NCBI GenBank assembly: GCA_965248055.1
Contig: CBDFIJ010000004.1
Location: 288,001-352,000, forward strand
Direction of reading: 5' to 3'
Source: Candidatus Multivoradales bacterium
Lineage (GTDB): Bacteria > Acidobacteriota > Thermoanaerobaculia > Multivoradales > JAHEKO01
DNA length: 64,000 nt
The notes beneath the pieces were generated by a model. The model was given only the letters and a program-made list of their open reading frames with translations, was not told the DNA's origin and searched no databases. Position 1 is the first letter of the stretch. Each line of letters starts with the position of its first letter. The position numbers and the translations under genes were made by a program. Positions 21,592 to 30,282 of this stretch are shown one piece after another.

Positions 21592-21667
21592 TGGTGGGCC
21601 GCCAGGGACTCGAACCCTGCACCCGCAGATTAAAAGTCTGCTGCTCTACCTGATGAGCTAACGGCCC
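21592..21667 (-). tRNA. tRNA-Lys(TTT)
   Basis: GGGCCGT..TAGCTCA..CAGAC-TTT-TAATCTG..GGTTCGAGTCC..GCGGCCCACCA cloverleaf. Confidence 0.97.
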
Positions 21668-21801
21668 CTCGCGGAGGCTAGCACGGCGGAAAGCTGAGTT
21701 GGTAGCCCCAAAAAGAGCGTTGAGGAGCGGAAAACGAAGGACTCGAACCGTATTGCCCTAACGACTGATTTCATGGCAAGATCCGCGAGCCGTTTCGGCG
21801 T

Positions 21802-21879
21802 GTCCCCATCGTCTAGCCCGGTCTAGGACGTCGCCCTTTCAAGGCGAAAACACGGGTTCGAATCCCGTTGGGGGCACCA
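21802..21879 (+). tRNA. tRNA-Glu(TTC)
   Basis: GTCCCCA..TCGCC-CTTTCAA-GGCGA..GGTTCGAATCC..GGGGCACCA cloverleaf. Confidence 0.97.
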
Positions 21880-22090
21880 TCGCGTGCAACGATCCTGGAA
21901 CCACGCCAGCAATTATCTTTTCAACCGTTCCAGTAGCTTGGAATCTGAACCCTCTGCGACCGTCTTTATCCTCTGGAGCGAAGGTTATTCGCTCGGTCAA
22001 GAGCTTCTGAACTATCTGCCGGGATTGGGGCACTTGGCGACCCAAAACGCCACGCCTTTGCTCGACCGCGTTATTGATCTTTGCTTCCAT
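21839..22090 (-). pseudogene. C-terminal remnant of a site-specific (probably serine) recombinase reading into the tRNA-Glu 3' end
   Basis: SRQIVQKLLTERITFAP...FRFQATGT...MVPPTGFEP; the last residues are the antisense of the tRNA; upstream part replaced by MITE/IS30. Confidence 0.6.
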
Positions 22091-22123
22091 GTTCTCGTCA
22101 ATGGTGAGGTTTGGAGTTGACCC

Positions 22124-23360
22124 GGTGGTCTCATTCGGTCATCGCAACAGTTCAGCCAATTTTTCGGTCGGTTTCATCCATCCGAGCGTTTTTCGAGGTC
22201 GATCATTAAGCATATGAGCAACATGGTCGAGATGGCCCTGGCTGTGGACCTCGAGGTCGGTTCCCTTTGGGAAGTACTGGCGCAGTAACCCGTTGGTATT
22301 CTCGTTGCTTCCTCGCTGCCATGGGCTATGTGGATCACAGAAGTAGACTTGGACTCCCGTGTCGATGGTGAACTTGAGATGGGCAGCAAGCTCTTTCCCG
22401 CGATCCCAGGTCAAGGAGACTGCGAGATGTCTAGGCAGCGTCTTGATCTTCTTTGCTAGCAACGAACAGACATGTTGGCTGGTCCTATTTCGGCCGACAG
22501 AGAGCAACATGACATATCTAGTTTGACGTTCGACCAGGGTGGCAATCGCCGATTGCCCAAGCGCTCCAATAATGAGATCGCCTTCCCAATGCCCAGGAAC
22601 AGCGCGATCTTCGATCTCAGCAGGGCGGTCTGAAATGAGGACCATGCCCTTGATGTACCCGCCAGGATCTTTGCGTCCATGAGGTTTGCGGCGGGTGCGT
22701 TTCGAACGGGGGCAAGCCGAGAGTTCTTTTCGCAACGCTCCCCGCGATTGAACAAACAGAGACTGGTAGATCGTTTCATGTGACACGCGTAGCTCGGAGT
22801 CGTTTGGGTTCTCGACCATTAGTCTCGCACTGATCTGCTCAGGAGACCAAAGCTTGTTCAGCATCGCTTCAACTTGAACACGGAGCCCTGGACATCGTCT
22901 CAGCTTCGAGATCTTAGGTCTCCTGGCTCTCCTGTAGGCCGCCTCGTCAGCCCGAACAGCCCGATAACGTCGGCGACCTCCATTGGCATTGACCTCACGT
23001 GAGATCGTCGACGGCGCTCGCTTGAGATGGCGGGCGATCACTCGATACGAAGCGCCTCCACTTAGATGGCGAGAGATCTCCTCGCGTTCGGCTAACGACA
23101 ACCGTAGCTCTGAGCGACTTGTCTCTCGCGCTGGTAGGCCTCCTGATGAATTCAACAGCCTCTGGACGGTCTTTGTTGAGCATCTGGCTGTGGCAGCAGC
23201 TTCTTCGAAGCTGCTGCCCTTGCCCACTAGGGACCGTACCTCCAATCGCTCTCCACGGGTAAGCCGCATGCCTCGGATTCGTCTCTTTACCATCCCAACA
23301 CCTCCTGAGAATCTCTATCAAAGAATTCTCCAAGTGTTGCGATGATCGTTTGAGACCACC
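22124..23360 (-). mobile_element. IS30-family insertion sequence
   Basis: 26-bp imperfect IRs GGTGGTCTCA..CATCGCAACA; flanked by CCC/CCC direct repeat. Confidence 0.93.
22139..23293 (-). CDS. IS30 family transposase
   Basis: WSPEQIS, VSHETIY, GHWEGDL, LTWDRGKE, PWQRGSNENTNGLLRQYFPK. Confidence 0.97.
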   Translation of the reverse strand: MVKRRIRGMRLTRGERLEVRSLVGKGSSFEEAAATARCSTKTVQRLLNSSGGLPARETSRSELRLSLAEREEISRHLSGGASYRVIARHLKRAPSTISREVNANGGRRRYRAVRADEAAYRRARRPKISKLRRCPGLRVQVEAMLNKLWSPEQISARLMVENPNDSELRVSHETIYQSLFVQSRGALRKELSACPRSKRTRRKPHGRKDPGGYIKGMVLISDRPAEIEDRAVPGHWEGDLIIGALGQSAIATLVERQTRYVMLLSVGRNRTSQHVCSLLAKKIKTLPRHLAVSLTWDRGKELAAHLKFTIDTGVQVYFCDPHSPWQRGSNENTNGLLRQYFPKGTDLEVHSQGHLDHVAHMLNDRPRKTLGWMKPTEKLAELLR

Positions 23361-23610
23361 CCCGTTTTCGTGGACACATCAACCTTTGAGAAGGGAGGTT
23401 CGAGAAAATGGGACAACTCCACTGGCGCGTTTCCCACCGCTCCTTGGACGTCGCCTTTGGCGCCGGTCGCTAACCAAACTGCTCTCGCTCAATGAGAGCT
23501 AAACTGTGTGTCCACCAAAACGGGGCAGCTTCACCTCCGTACCCGCCCCGGCAGAATGGAATCCTCTTGAATCAATACCTACTAGAGTAAGATGTCGCGC
23601 AAGGGTTAGG

Positions 23611-24201
23611 TTAGGGACGCGTCCTTCGCTTATCATCCAACATGTCATCTATGTAGACCTGCCAGTCATCGATGCCTGACTGCTGCAATGCAATTTCATT
23701 GTTCAGCGTCGCAATCTCTTGATTCAGGCGGTCAATTGCAGACTCCAGGCGCTCTTGCCCCTTTTCACTCTCCTCGCGAAAACGGTCATCGTTTGCTGGA
23801 TTTCCAAATGCAGATCGGTCCCCTGTTACCTGCTGGACAGCTTCGAGATGGGCTGAAAGCCCACGATATCTCACGGTCGCGTCCGCTAACTGCTTCTTAA
23901 GACTCTGCAGCCGCTGGTTTGCCGACTCCTCTCTCTTGATCAGGAGTTCAAGGCTTCGACCTTCCTCCAACCTTTCAAGCGATCGAGCAATTCGCTCAAG
24001 AATCTCCATGATTTCGAGCAATTCGCTTTCGGCTGGTTCCTGTTTGGCGACCTGCTCCGGAGCCTGTGCCTGCACGTAATACGGCCCAAGAACGAGCACG
24101 AATAGCAAAATAATATAACTTGATGCAAGCGGTCTTGTCATTTTCGGCCTACTCCTTTCGCGATTAAATACTGTCTTGACTAATATCTGCAAGTATCTCA
24201 T
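23611..24201 (-). CDS. Hypothetical exported coiled-coil protein (start possibly near 24141)
   Basis: Hydrophobic signal-like segment followed by heptad-rich helices. Confidence 0.6.
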   Translation of the reverse strand: MRYLQILVKTVFNRERSRPKMTRPLASSYIILLFVLVLGPYYVQAQAPEQVAKQEPAESELLEIMEILERIARSLERLEEGRSLELLIKREESANQRLQSLKKQLADATVRYRGLSAHLEAVQQVTGDRSAFGNPANDDRFREESEKGQERLESAIDRLNQEIATLNNEIALQQSGIDDWQVYIDDMLDDKRRTRP

Positions 24202-24229
24202 AGAGATCTAAGCCTCCGACGGTTCTTTG

Positions 24230-24590
24230 ACAACCTGCCCACACTCAAGAGCCTCTCGAACCCAGAACGCTAGAACCAACGTTGTCAAAAGTTTGAATGG
24301 GCTTGAACAACACCCATCCGCATCTGCTTTGCCGCATTCAGAAGCTTCTCACGGTCGACAGCGCCCAGAACAGGCTCATGGAGGACAGGCTCTAACTGAT
24401 GCCATGCACGATCCACAGCTCGGCTTAATACTTGGTCTAATGAAGCTTGCTGAGCGCGCAGACGAACGCCCTCGGCAACACTCCCGCATCGCGTTTCGGA
24501 GTAGTTTCTTAGTCATAGCAGGATGCGTCTTGAATTCCAGTGGCACTCTGAATGTGTAGTAGTAAGCGTCTGTTAGTCCGCGGTACTCAG
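24230..24590 (-). pseudogene. Frameshifted C-terminal fragment of an asparagine-synthase-like protein (lasso cyclase-like)
   Basis: FRVPLEFK..TKKLLRNAMR(G)VLP, then VDREKL..G and LLTTLVLAFWVR in shifting frames. Confidence 0.45.
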
Positions 24591-24966
24591 GCAGCCCCAC
24601 CAGCACTGAAGAGTCGAGAATAGAGCTCCGATTCTTGCATGAGAGCATTGTGGTTGCCTTGAGCAACGACAGTACCTTGATCCAGGACCAAGATTCGATC
24701 AGCCCGTTTCATCGCATTACGGTGAGAGATCATCAAGATCGTACGTTGTCGCATGAACTTACTGACCGAATCCTCAAGAAACAAGGATGACTCTGTATCC
24801 TGCGCGGACATTGCTTCGTCGAGAATAAGAACGGCAGGATTTCGAAGAATCGCGCGTGCGATCGCAATGCGTTGTCCCTGCCCCACCGAAAGTGCGTTGC
24901 CGCGCTCACCAACTTCCCTATCGTATGAATTCGCCCGCGCTTCCGTGAACTCTTCTACGTTCGATG
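24587..24966 (-). pseudogene. Truncated ABC exporter ATP-binding domain
   Basis: VGERGNALSVGQGQRIAIARAILRNPAVLILDEA..ISHR..ADRILVLDQG; 5' part cut off by the IS at 24967. Confidence 0.85.
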
Positions 24967-25033
24967 CCCTATCTGCCAACGTAGCTGAGACACTTGGCCC
25001 CCTGATAATTAGAGGGCGGAAGGAGGTTTCAGT

Positions 25034-25513
25034 ATGTTTCAGAATCAGCCCATATTGCCCGTCTCGCCGAAGGCGACCGAGGAGCGTAGCGACGAGGGAG
25101 CCGGAGGGGAGACGGCGCATTTGTCCTCGACCCCCGAATCGGTACCCGACCCTGAGATCGAGGCTCGACCCGCCAGACGGCGGTTTACGGCAAAGTACAA
25201 GCTGGCGATCTTGGAGCAGGCCGACGCTTGCTCCAGCCGAGAGGAGGTCGGGTCCCTGTTGCGCCGGGAGGGTCTCTACTCATCTCATCTATCTAACTGG
25301 CGCCTAGCTCGGCGACGGGGATCGCTTGCCGCGCTCGGCAAAAGCCGTGGACGCAAACCCAAAAGGCACCCGTTGGAAAGCAAGGTTGCTCGACTAGAGC
25401 GGGAGAAGACTCGGCTTGAGAACGAATTGCACAAGGCACAGCTGATCATCGATGTGCAAAGAAAAGTAGCCGGGCTGCTGGGTATCCCCTCAGAGGGCGA
25501 GAAGAACTCGTGA
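25034..25513 (+). CDS. IS3-family transposase OrfA (HTH)
   Basis: RRRFTAKYKLAIL...LLRREGLYSSHLSNWR. Confidence 0.92.
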   Translation: MFQNQPILPVSPKATEERSDEGAGGETAHLSSTPESVPDPEIEARPARRRFTAKYKLAILEQADACSSREEVGSLLRREGLYSSHLSNWRLARRRGSLAALGKSRGRKPKRHPLESKVARLEREKTRLENELHKAQLIIDVQRKVAGLLGIPSEGEKNS

Positions 25514-26523
25514 AAGCGGCCAGGACGCTGGCTCCGTGGGTCGGTATCGCACCGGCCTGCCGGAGCCTGAGCGTCAGTCGTGCAACGTTCTATCGTCGGC
25601 TTCGGCCGAGATCAACCGAGCCTCAGCAGCCTCGACCGACTCCAGCTCGGGCACTGACAGTCAGCGAAAAACAACAGGTCCTTGACCTACTCAACGGGCC
25701 GCGCTTTGTCGACGCTGCACCGGCGGCCGTGGTGGCCACCCTTCTCGACGAAGAACGCTATCTGTGCTCGGAGCGCACCATGTACCGACTCCTGGCAGCT
25801 GAGAAGACGCTGCAGGAGAGACGGCGCCAACGCCGCCATCCGGTCTATACCAAGCCAGAGCTACTCGCCACAGCGGCAAACCAAGTCTGGAGCTGGGATA
25901 TCACCCGGCTGCGAGGTCCTCAGCCGGGATGGTGGTTCTATCTCTACGTTGTCCTCGATATCTTCAGCCGCTATGTGGTCGGCTGGATGCTCGCCGAGCA
26001 CGAACGCGAGGCCTTAGCCCAAAGGCTTCTCGAGGAGACCTCAACCAAGCAAGGCATTCCCAAGAATCAGCTAACCCTACACAGTGATCGGGGCTCGCCG
26101 ATGACCGCCAAGGACACCGGACGACTCCTCGTACGGCTTGGTATCTCTCAGTCGTTCTCGCGGCCTCGCATCTCCAACGATAACCCCTTCTCCGAAGCAC
26201 AATTCAAGACCCTCAAGTATCACCCGAGCTTTCCGGATCGGTTCGGCTCAATCGAGGACGCGATCGCCTTCTGCCGCTCGTTTTTCCGCTGGTACAACAC
26301 CCAGCACCGGCACGCCGGCATCGCCATGCTGACACCCGAAGATGTCCACTGCGGCAAGGCCGACCACAAGCTCAAGATCCGTCAACTGGCCCTCGATGAA
26401 GCCCGGCGAAACAACCCGCAGCGCTTTGTCCGAGGAAGACCGACCATTCAGCGGCTACCCAGAGCCGTATGGATCAATCCACCCGAACATCAGCGCACCA
26501 AGGAGGTTGTCCCGATTCACTAA
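25510..26523 (+). CDS. IS3-family transposase OrfB (DDE/rve)
   Basis: WSWDIT, LDIFSRYVVGW, LHSDRG, DNPFSEAQFKTLK; GTGA overlap with orfA. Confidence 0.95.
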   Translation: MKAARTLAPWVGIAPACRSLSVSRATFYRRLRPRSTEPQQPRPTPARALTVSEKQQVLDLLNGPRFVDAAPAAVVATLLDEERYLCSERTMYRLLAAEKTLQERRRQRRHPVYTKPELLATAANQVWSWDITRLRGPQPGWWFYLYVVLDIFSRYVVGWMLAEHEREALAQRLLEETSTKQGIPKNQLTLHSDRGSPMTAKDTGRLLVRLGISQSFSRPRISNDNPFSEAQFKTLKYHPSFPDRFGSIEDAIAFCRSFFRWYNTQHRHAGIAMLTPEDVHCGKADHKLKIRQLALDEARRNNPQRFVRGRPTIQRLPRAVWINPPEHQRTKEVVPIH

Positions 26524-26784
26524 TTAATTCTGCCAACTGTCTCAAAGTTGTTGACAGGTTCCGTACGCAGGTTGATCGATTCTCGATCGGTCACTTTCTG
26601 CGATCTCCACTAAACATTGTTGGGTTCAGGGAATCTAGTACACTTAGGAGAGTCTTTGGATAAGAAGTTCGGTGTTCGTTCGGATGGTAGCGAACTGTTG
26701 GATTCGCTCGACGAATCAACAGAGCGGACTCCACCGGATGTCTCTAGACAAGTGCTGAATCGGTGATCGCTTGAGGTGACATAA

Positions 26785-28125
26785 ATGACAGCAATACGAA
26801 ATCGATCTACAGAGTCTGGTATACCGCGATTGCTTACCAAGAAGTTACGGCTTCTTGGTTGTCTGATCGTCGCGTTCGGGGTCGCTTCGTCTGCCTTAGC
26901 TCAGGGCGGGGTTGTTGTTATGGCGATGACGAACTTCTGGGAGGAAGATGTTGAGCTCGGCCAAGTTCGTTATCTTCAACTTGCGGATTCGTCAGAACAG
27001 GATGTTCTCAACGGCACGGTCTTGAAGGCCGGCGATGAGCTATGGAGTGATTCGGACGAGGTCATCGTTCGACTGGCGTGCAACGATGGCACCGGAAATC
27101 TGCTTTGGGGAAGATTCCGGGCAGCAGTTGGTGCCAGTTGTGCCTTGAGACTGGCAAGCGGCAGTTTGGAGGTACTGACCGATCGTCAGATCCAAAATGA
27201 CGTTGGTGGAGTTGTTCTTGGCAACGAGGGTACCCAGTACTCTGTGCGGCTGGATCGACTTGAAGGGTCGGCTGTCGCCGAGGTGGTGGTGTTTGACGGA
27301 AAGGTCAACGCTAGTGAAGGGAGCCGATCAGAGAGTATTCATACCGGAAGAACTCTCCGCTGGGAACTCGATCGTCGGCTTGAAGGCCGACAACAAGGAT
27401 TGAATTCCGAAGATGTTGAGTCCTCGGCTGAAGTGTATGCCAGGGCGGATCGGGCGGTTTCGAGACTCTCACATCGGAGTTACCGCTCCGTTGATCTTGA
27501 TATTCAAGATCTGGAGCAACTGCATGCCCGGGTGCTACGTTCTCCCGACGATGACCGAGCTCGCGTAGATCTCGCTCGCGCGCAGATCGAATTGGGTGTC
27601 TATGATGATGCCTTTTATCACCTCAAGCGGGGCGATCTAGTTAAGAAGAAGAAGCTAAAGAAAAACGACATTGATACTGGACAGTTACGGGATGGTCTTT
27701 CTCCTGACAATCGGCGTGAATTGGACGACGCGCTCTCTAAGGGTGGGTTCGCTAAGAAGGCACTTACTGGATTGGCGGTGGCAACTGCCGCAGTCCTGAT
27801 TCATGAAGCGATAGATGACGACGACGCCAGTAACCCTGAGGACAGACAAGACCCAAAGAGTGCTGAATGTGCTGAAGTGAACCGCTTACTGGGTAGTAAT
27901 AGTCAAGAAGCGGGTCCCAGAAGCGATCGAGCGATTGAAGAGCAACGTGCTCTTTCCTGCCACTGGTATGCTAGAGCGCTTGCTGAGGCTACATCGCCGT
28001 CTAGGGGCGCAGTTCCCCTGTCTAGTACTGACAGTTGCGCCAAAGCGCTGAGAGCTCACAACAACGACCACTTGCTCAAGCCTATCCAAGAACAGAAATG
28101 TAATCCGGGGGAAAGTGTTCATTAG
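26785..28125 (+). CDS. Exported FecR-like domain protein with a TPR-like helical region
   Basis: Signal peptide ending ALA; LKAGDEL..NDGT..LRLASGSL..GTQYSV..VVVFDGKV; PDDDRARVDLARAQIELGVYDDAFYHL. Confidence 0.72.
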   Translation: MTAIRNRSTESGIPRLLTKKLRLLGCLIVAFGVASSALAQGGVVVMAMTNFWEEDVELGQVRYLQLADSSEQDVLNGTVLKAGDELWSDSDEVIVRLACNDGTGNLLWGRFRAAVGASCALRLASGSLEVLTDRQIQNDVGGVVLGNEGTQYSVRLDRLEGSAVAEVVVFDGKVNASEGSRSESIHTGRTLRWELDRRLEGRQQGLNSEDVESSAEVYARADRAVSRLSHRSYRSVDLDIQDLEQLHARVLRSPDDDRARVDLARAQIELGVYDDAFYHLKRGDLVKKKKLKKNDIDTGQLRDGLSPDNRRELDDALSKGGFAKKALTGLAVATAAVLIHEAIDDDDASNPEDRQDPKSAECAEVNRLLGSNSQEAGPRSDRAIEEQRALSCHWYARALAEATSPSRGAVPLSSTDSCAKALRAHNNDHLLKPIQEQKCNPGESVH

Positions 28126-28148
28126 GGGGATTTTCAGGAGTACCAACT

Positions 28149-29894
28149 TTGGTTGATCGTGTCGAGATCTTAAGGTGGGGCGGCGGCGCCTTGGTAATCG
28201 CGCTATTGCAGTCTGTTGTTACGCCCCTGATCGGTCCAATTGAAGCAAACCCCTGGATGGTGGTTGGAGTATTGGTGCCTTTCGCAGTTGGAGTAGGGAT
28301 TCTCGCCCAACCGTTGTACCGCGATCGAAGGGTATTGTTGGGAGGGGGTTTCCTAGGCTTTTTCTTAGCGTATTGCCTGTTGTTCTCCCTGGTGGCGAGC
28401 AATGATGTCTTGTCCGGTCAGCGCACCGAGATTGCCGGCTATCAAGAGACTCCGTCCAACGCTTTCGGGCTGGGCAGGCTGGGAGATTGGCGCTACAAGA
28501 TTGCCCCAGCGGCTCCGGGCGGTGAGGACATTCTGGTTGTTGTGGGTGAGACGGAAGGGAAGGAGAGATCTTCCGTTAGGGTGCTTTTTGCCAACCTGAT
28601 CAAAGCAGCAGTGAAACGGCGGGCCAAGGGGGTCGCGTTCGACTTCTTTCTGGAACAATCTTCGAGCGCAGATTCAAGGCTTTGTACTGAAGTTAATGCA
28701 GCCTGGGCCGCTGGAGTACCAGTATTTTTTGGCCAACGTCACACGATCAGTGAACATGGATTGGTAAACCCGGTCTCTCCCTCCGAAAGTCTCGACTGCT
28801 TGGATGGAAGGTTGGGGAGCTTGTCTGGTTACCGTGAAGCGGACGGCAAAGTACGAATGATCCTGCCTTACTTGCGCGGCGATGAAGCATACGCAAGCCT
28901 TAGCACCAAGGTAGCAGAGCAACTCTCTGGTAAGGAACTTCGTGGTTTGCCGGAAAAGCGTCTATTGCGATTTCTCCCACCCGACCGTGAGCCAGCCCCG
29001 GTTGTTGGCTGGCCACTTTCCTACTCTGCGACGGAAGACTTTTCGGGGCGATTTGTTTTTGTTGGGGCGGCTGGAAACGATAGTCATGAGACCGCTTTCG
29101 GAAAGGTGGCCGGAGTGCGCATTCACGCATGGGCTGCTCACGCGCTTCGCACCGCTTCGTTCCTGCGGCGTACCGATTATCGCTGGACTTTGCTCAGTCT
29201 GTTCGGCGCCTTCTACGTGCTTACCCTGGTGCAGGCACACGGGGGTGGGCGCCGGGACTTGATCGTTTCGGCAGCGGCACTGTCTCTTGGCTTTATCGCT
29301 GCTGCTGTTGTCGCGGCCCGGTTTGGTCGTATGTGGGTCGACATTAGTTATCCGTTGATTGGGATCTGGATCTTGACTGGGCTCCTGTCGGGCGGTGCTG
29401 TCTTACAAGCTGGTCGACGGCGGGTTGACAGCAAAGAGCCGCTTATTGTTGAAGCGGCCGGTGGCGGCGTTGGGCCTAGTGATGTATTCCTCAGTCACAA
29501 TTCGAAGAACAAGCCACTGGTAAGAGAATTGGCGGATGCGTTGCAAGCCCGTGAGCTTGCTGTTTGGCTTGATGAATGGGAGTTAGTACCTGGCCGTAGC
29601 TGGCAGGAAGAATTAGAAACAGCCATCAGCACCACCCGTTCGGCAGCGGTATTGGTGGGTGCGCAGGGACTAGGACCATGGGAAATCCCGGAGATGAGAG
29701 CGTGTATTTCCGAGTGCGTGGATCGAGGCATGCCGGTAATCCCGGTACTTCTTCCTGGTGCCTCCCGCGCACCAGATTTGCCGCTTTTCCTCAGAAGCTT
29801 CACCTGGGTTGACTTGCGCAAGGGGTTGAGCGAAAAGGGATTGGATCGCTTGCAGTGGGGGATTACGGGTGTGAAACCAAAACGCGCTCGCTAG
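28149..29894 (+). CDS. Membrane protein: 3 TM - CHASE2 sensor - 3 TM - TIR domain
   Basis: CHASE2: AKGVAFDFFL, EADGKVR, GRFVFVG..DSHETAFG.VAGVRIHA. TIR from 29481: DVFLSHNS..VWLDEWELVPG..GLGPWEIPE..VIPVLLPG..WVDLR. Confidence 0.88.
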   Translation: MVDRVEILRWGGGALVIALLQSVVTPLIGPIEANPWMVVGVLVPFAVGVGILAQPLYRDRRVLLGGGFLGFFLAYCLLFSLVASNDVLSGQRTEIAGYQETPSNAFGLGRLGDWRYKIAPAAPGGEDILVVVGETEGKERSSVRVLFANLIKAAVKRRAKGVAFDFFLEQSSSADSRLCTEVNAAWAAGVPVFFGQRHTISEHGLVNPVSPSESLDCLDGRLGSLSGYREADGKVRMILPYLRGDEAYASLSTKVAEQLSGKELRGLPEKRLLRFLPPDREPAPVVGWPLSYSATEDFSGRFVFVGAAGNDSHETAFGKVAGVRIHAWAAHALRTASFLRRTDYRWTLLSLFGAFYVLTLVQAHGGGRRDLIVSAAALSLGFIAAAVVAARFGRMWVDISYPLIGIWILTGLLSGGAVLQAGRRRVDSKEPLIVEAAGGGVGPSDVFLSHNSKNKPLVRELADALQARELAVWLDEWELVPGRSWQEELETAISTTRSAAVLVGAQGLGPWEIPEMRACISECVDRGMPVIPVLLPGASRAPDLPLFLRSFTWVDLRKGLSEKGLDRLQWGITGVKPKRAR

Positions 29895-30049
29895 CAATGC
29901 TGGGGGAACCAAACCACTCCAGCGTTGAGTCGGGTTCTTGCAGTTTCCTGCGACCAAGTGACCGCTATTTAAACTCACTACGCAGCAAGTACCTGCCATT
30001 GGTATGTTTGCCATGGAGGTTCTCTTGATCGTCCACCAAAAGGAGCACC

Positions 30050-30265
30050 ATGCCCGAATTCGTAAAAGTTGTTTATCAAGAAGACCGCGCGGTGAACATT
30101 GACGGCGACCCGTCTGGACGGGTTGGTGATGTGTTGCGGGTGCAGAAGGGGAGGCATACCTTCAACATGGGGGCACCGCGGGACTACAAGCCCAAGTGGC
30201 GCAGGCCGATGGTCGAAGGGACCAATCCCCTGCGCCCGATGAAGGTGACCTTTGAACCGAAGTAG
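30050..30265 (+). CDS. Small beta-rich (PEGA-like) protein
   Basis: AAGGAG RBS; VNIDGDPSG..LRVQKGRHTF. Confidence 0.65.
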   Translation: MPEFVKVVYQEDRAVNIDGDPSGRVGDVLRVQKGRHTFNMGAPRDYKPKWRRPMVEGTNPLRPMKVTFEPK

Positions 30266-30282
30266 TCGGATCGTGGTCCTAG

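Larger units (their letters stand above)
22112..23533. mobile_element. ~180-bp IS3-type non-autonomous element (MITE) split by IS30
   Basis: Removing IS30 and one CCC gives left IR TGGAGTTGACCCGTTTTCGTGGACACA, matching the reverse complement of 23507-23533 (TGAAGCTGCCCCGTTTTGGTGGACACA) at 23/27. Confidence 0.7.
24967..26563 (+). mobile_element. IS3-family insertion sequence, copy A (1597 bp)
   Basis: IRs TGCCAACGTAGCTGAGACA / TGTCTCAAAGTTGTTGACA; boundaries set by identity to copy B. Confidence 0.93.

Noticed and set aside
24967-25120. N-terminus of ORF 24587-25120 as part of the ABC protein
   Set aside because: It is read-through from the IS end; only 24587-24966 is ABC-like
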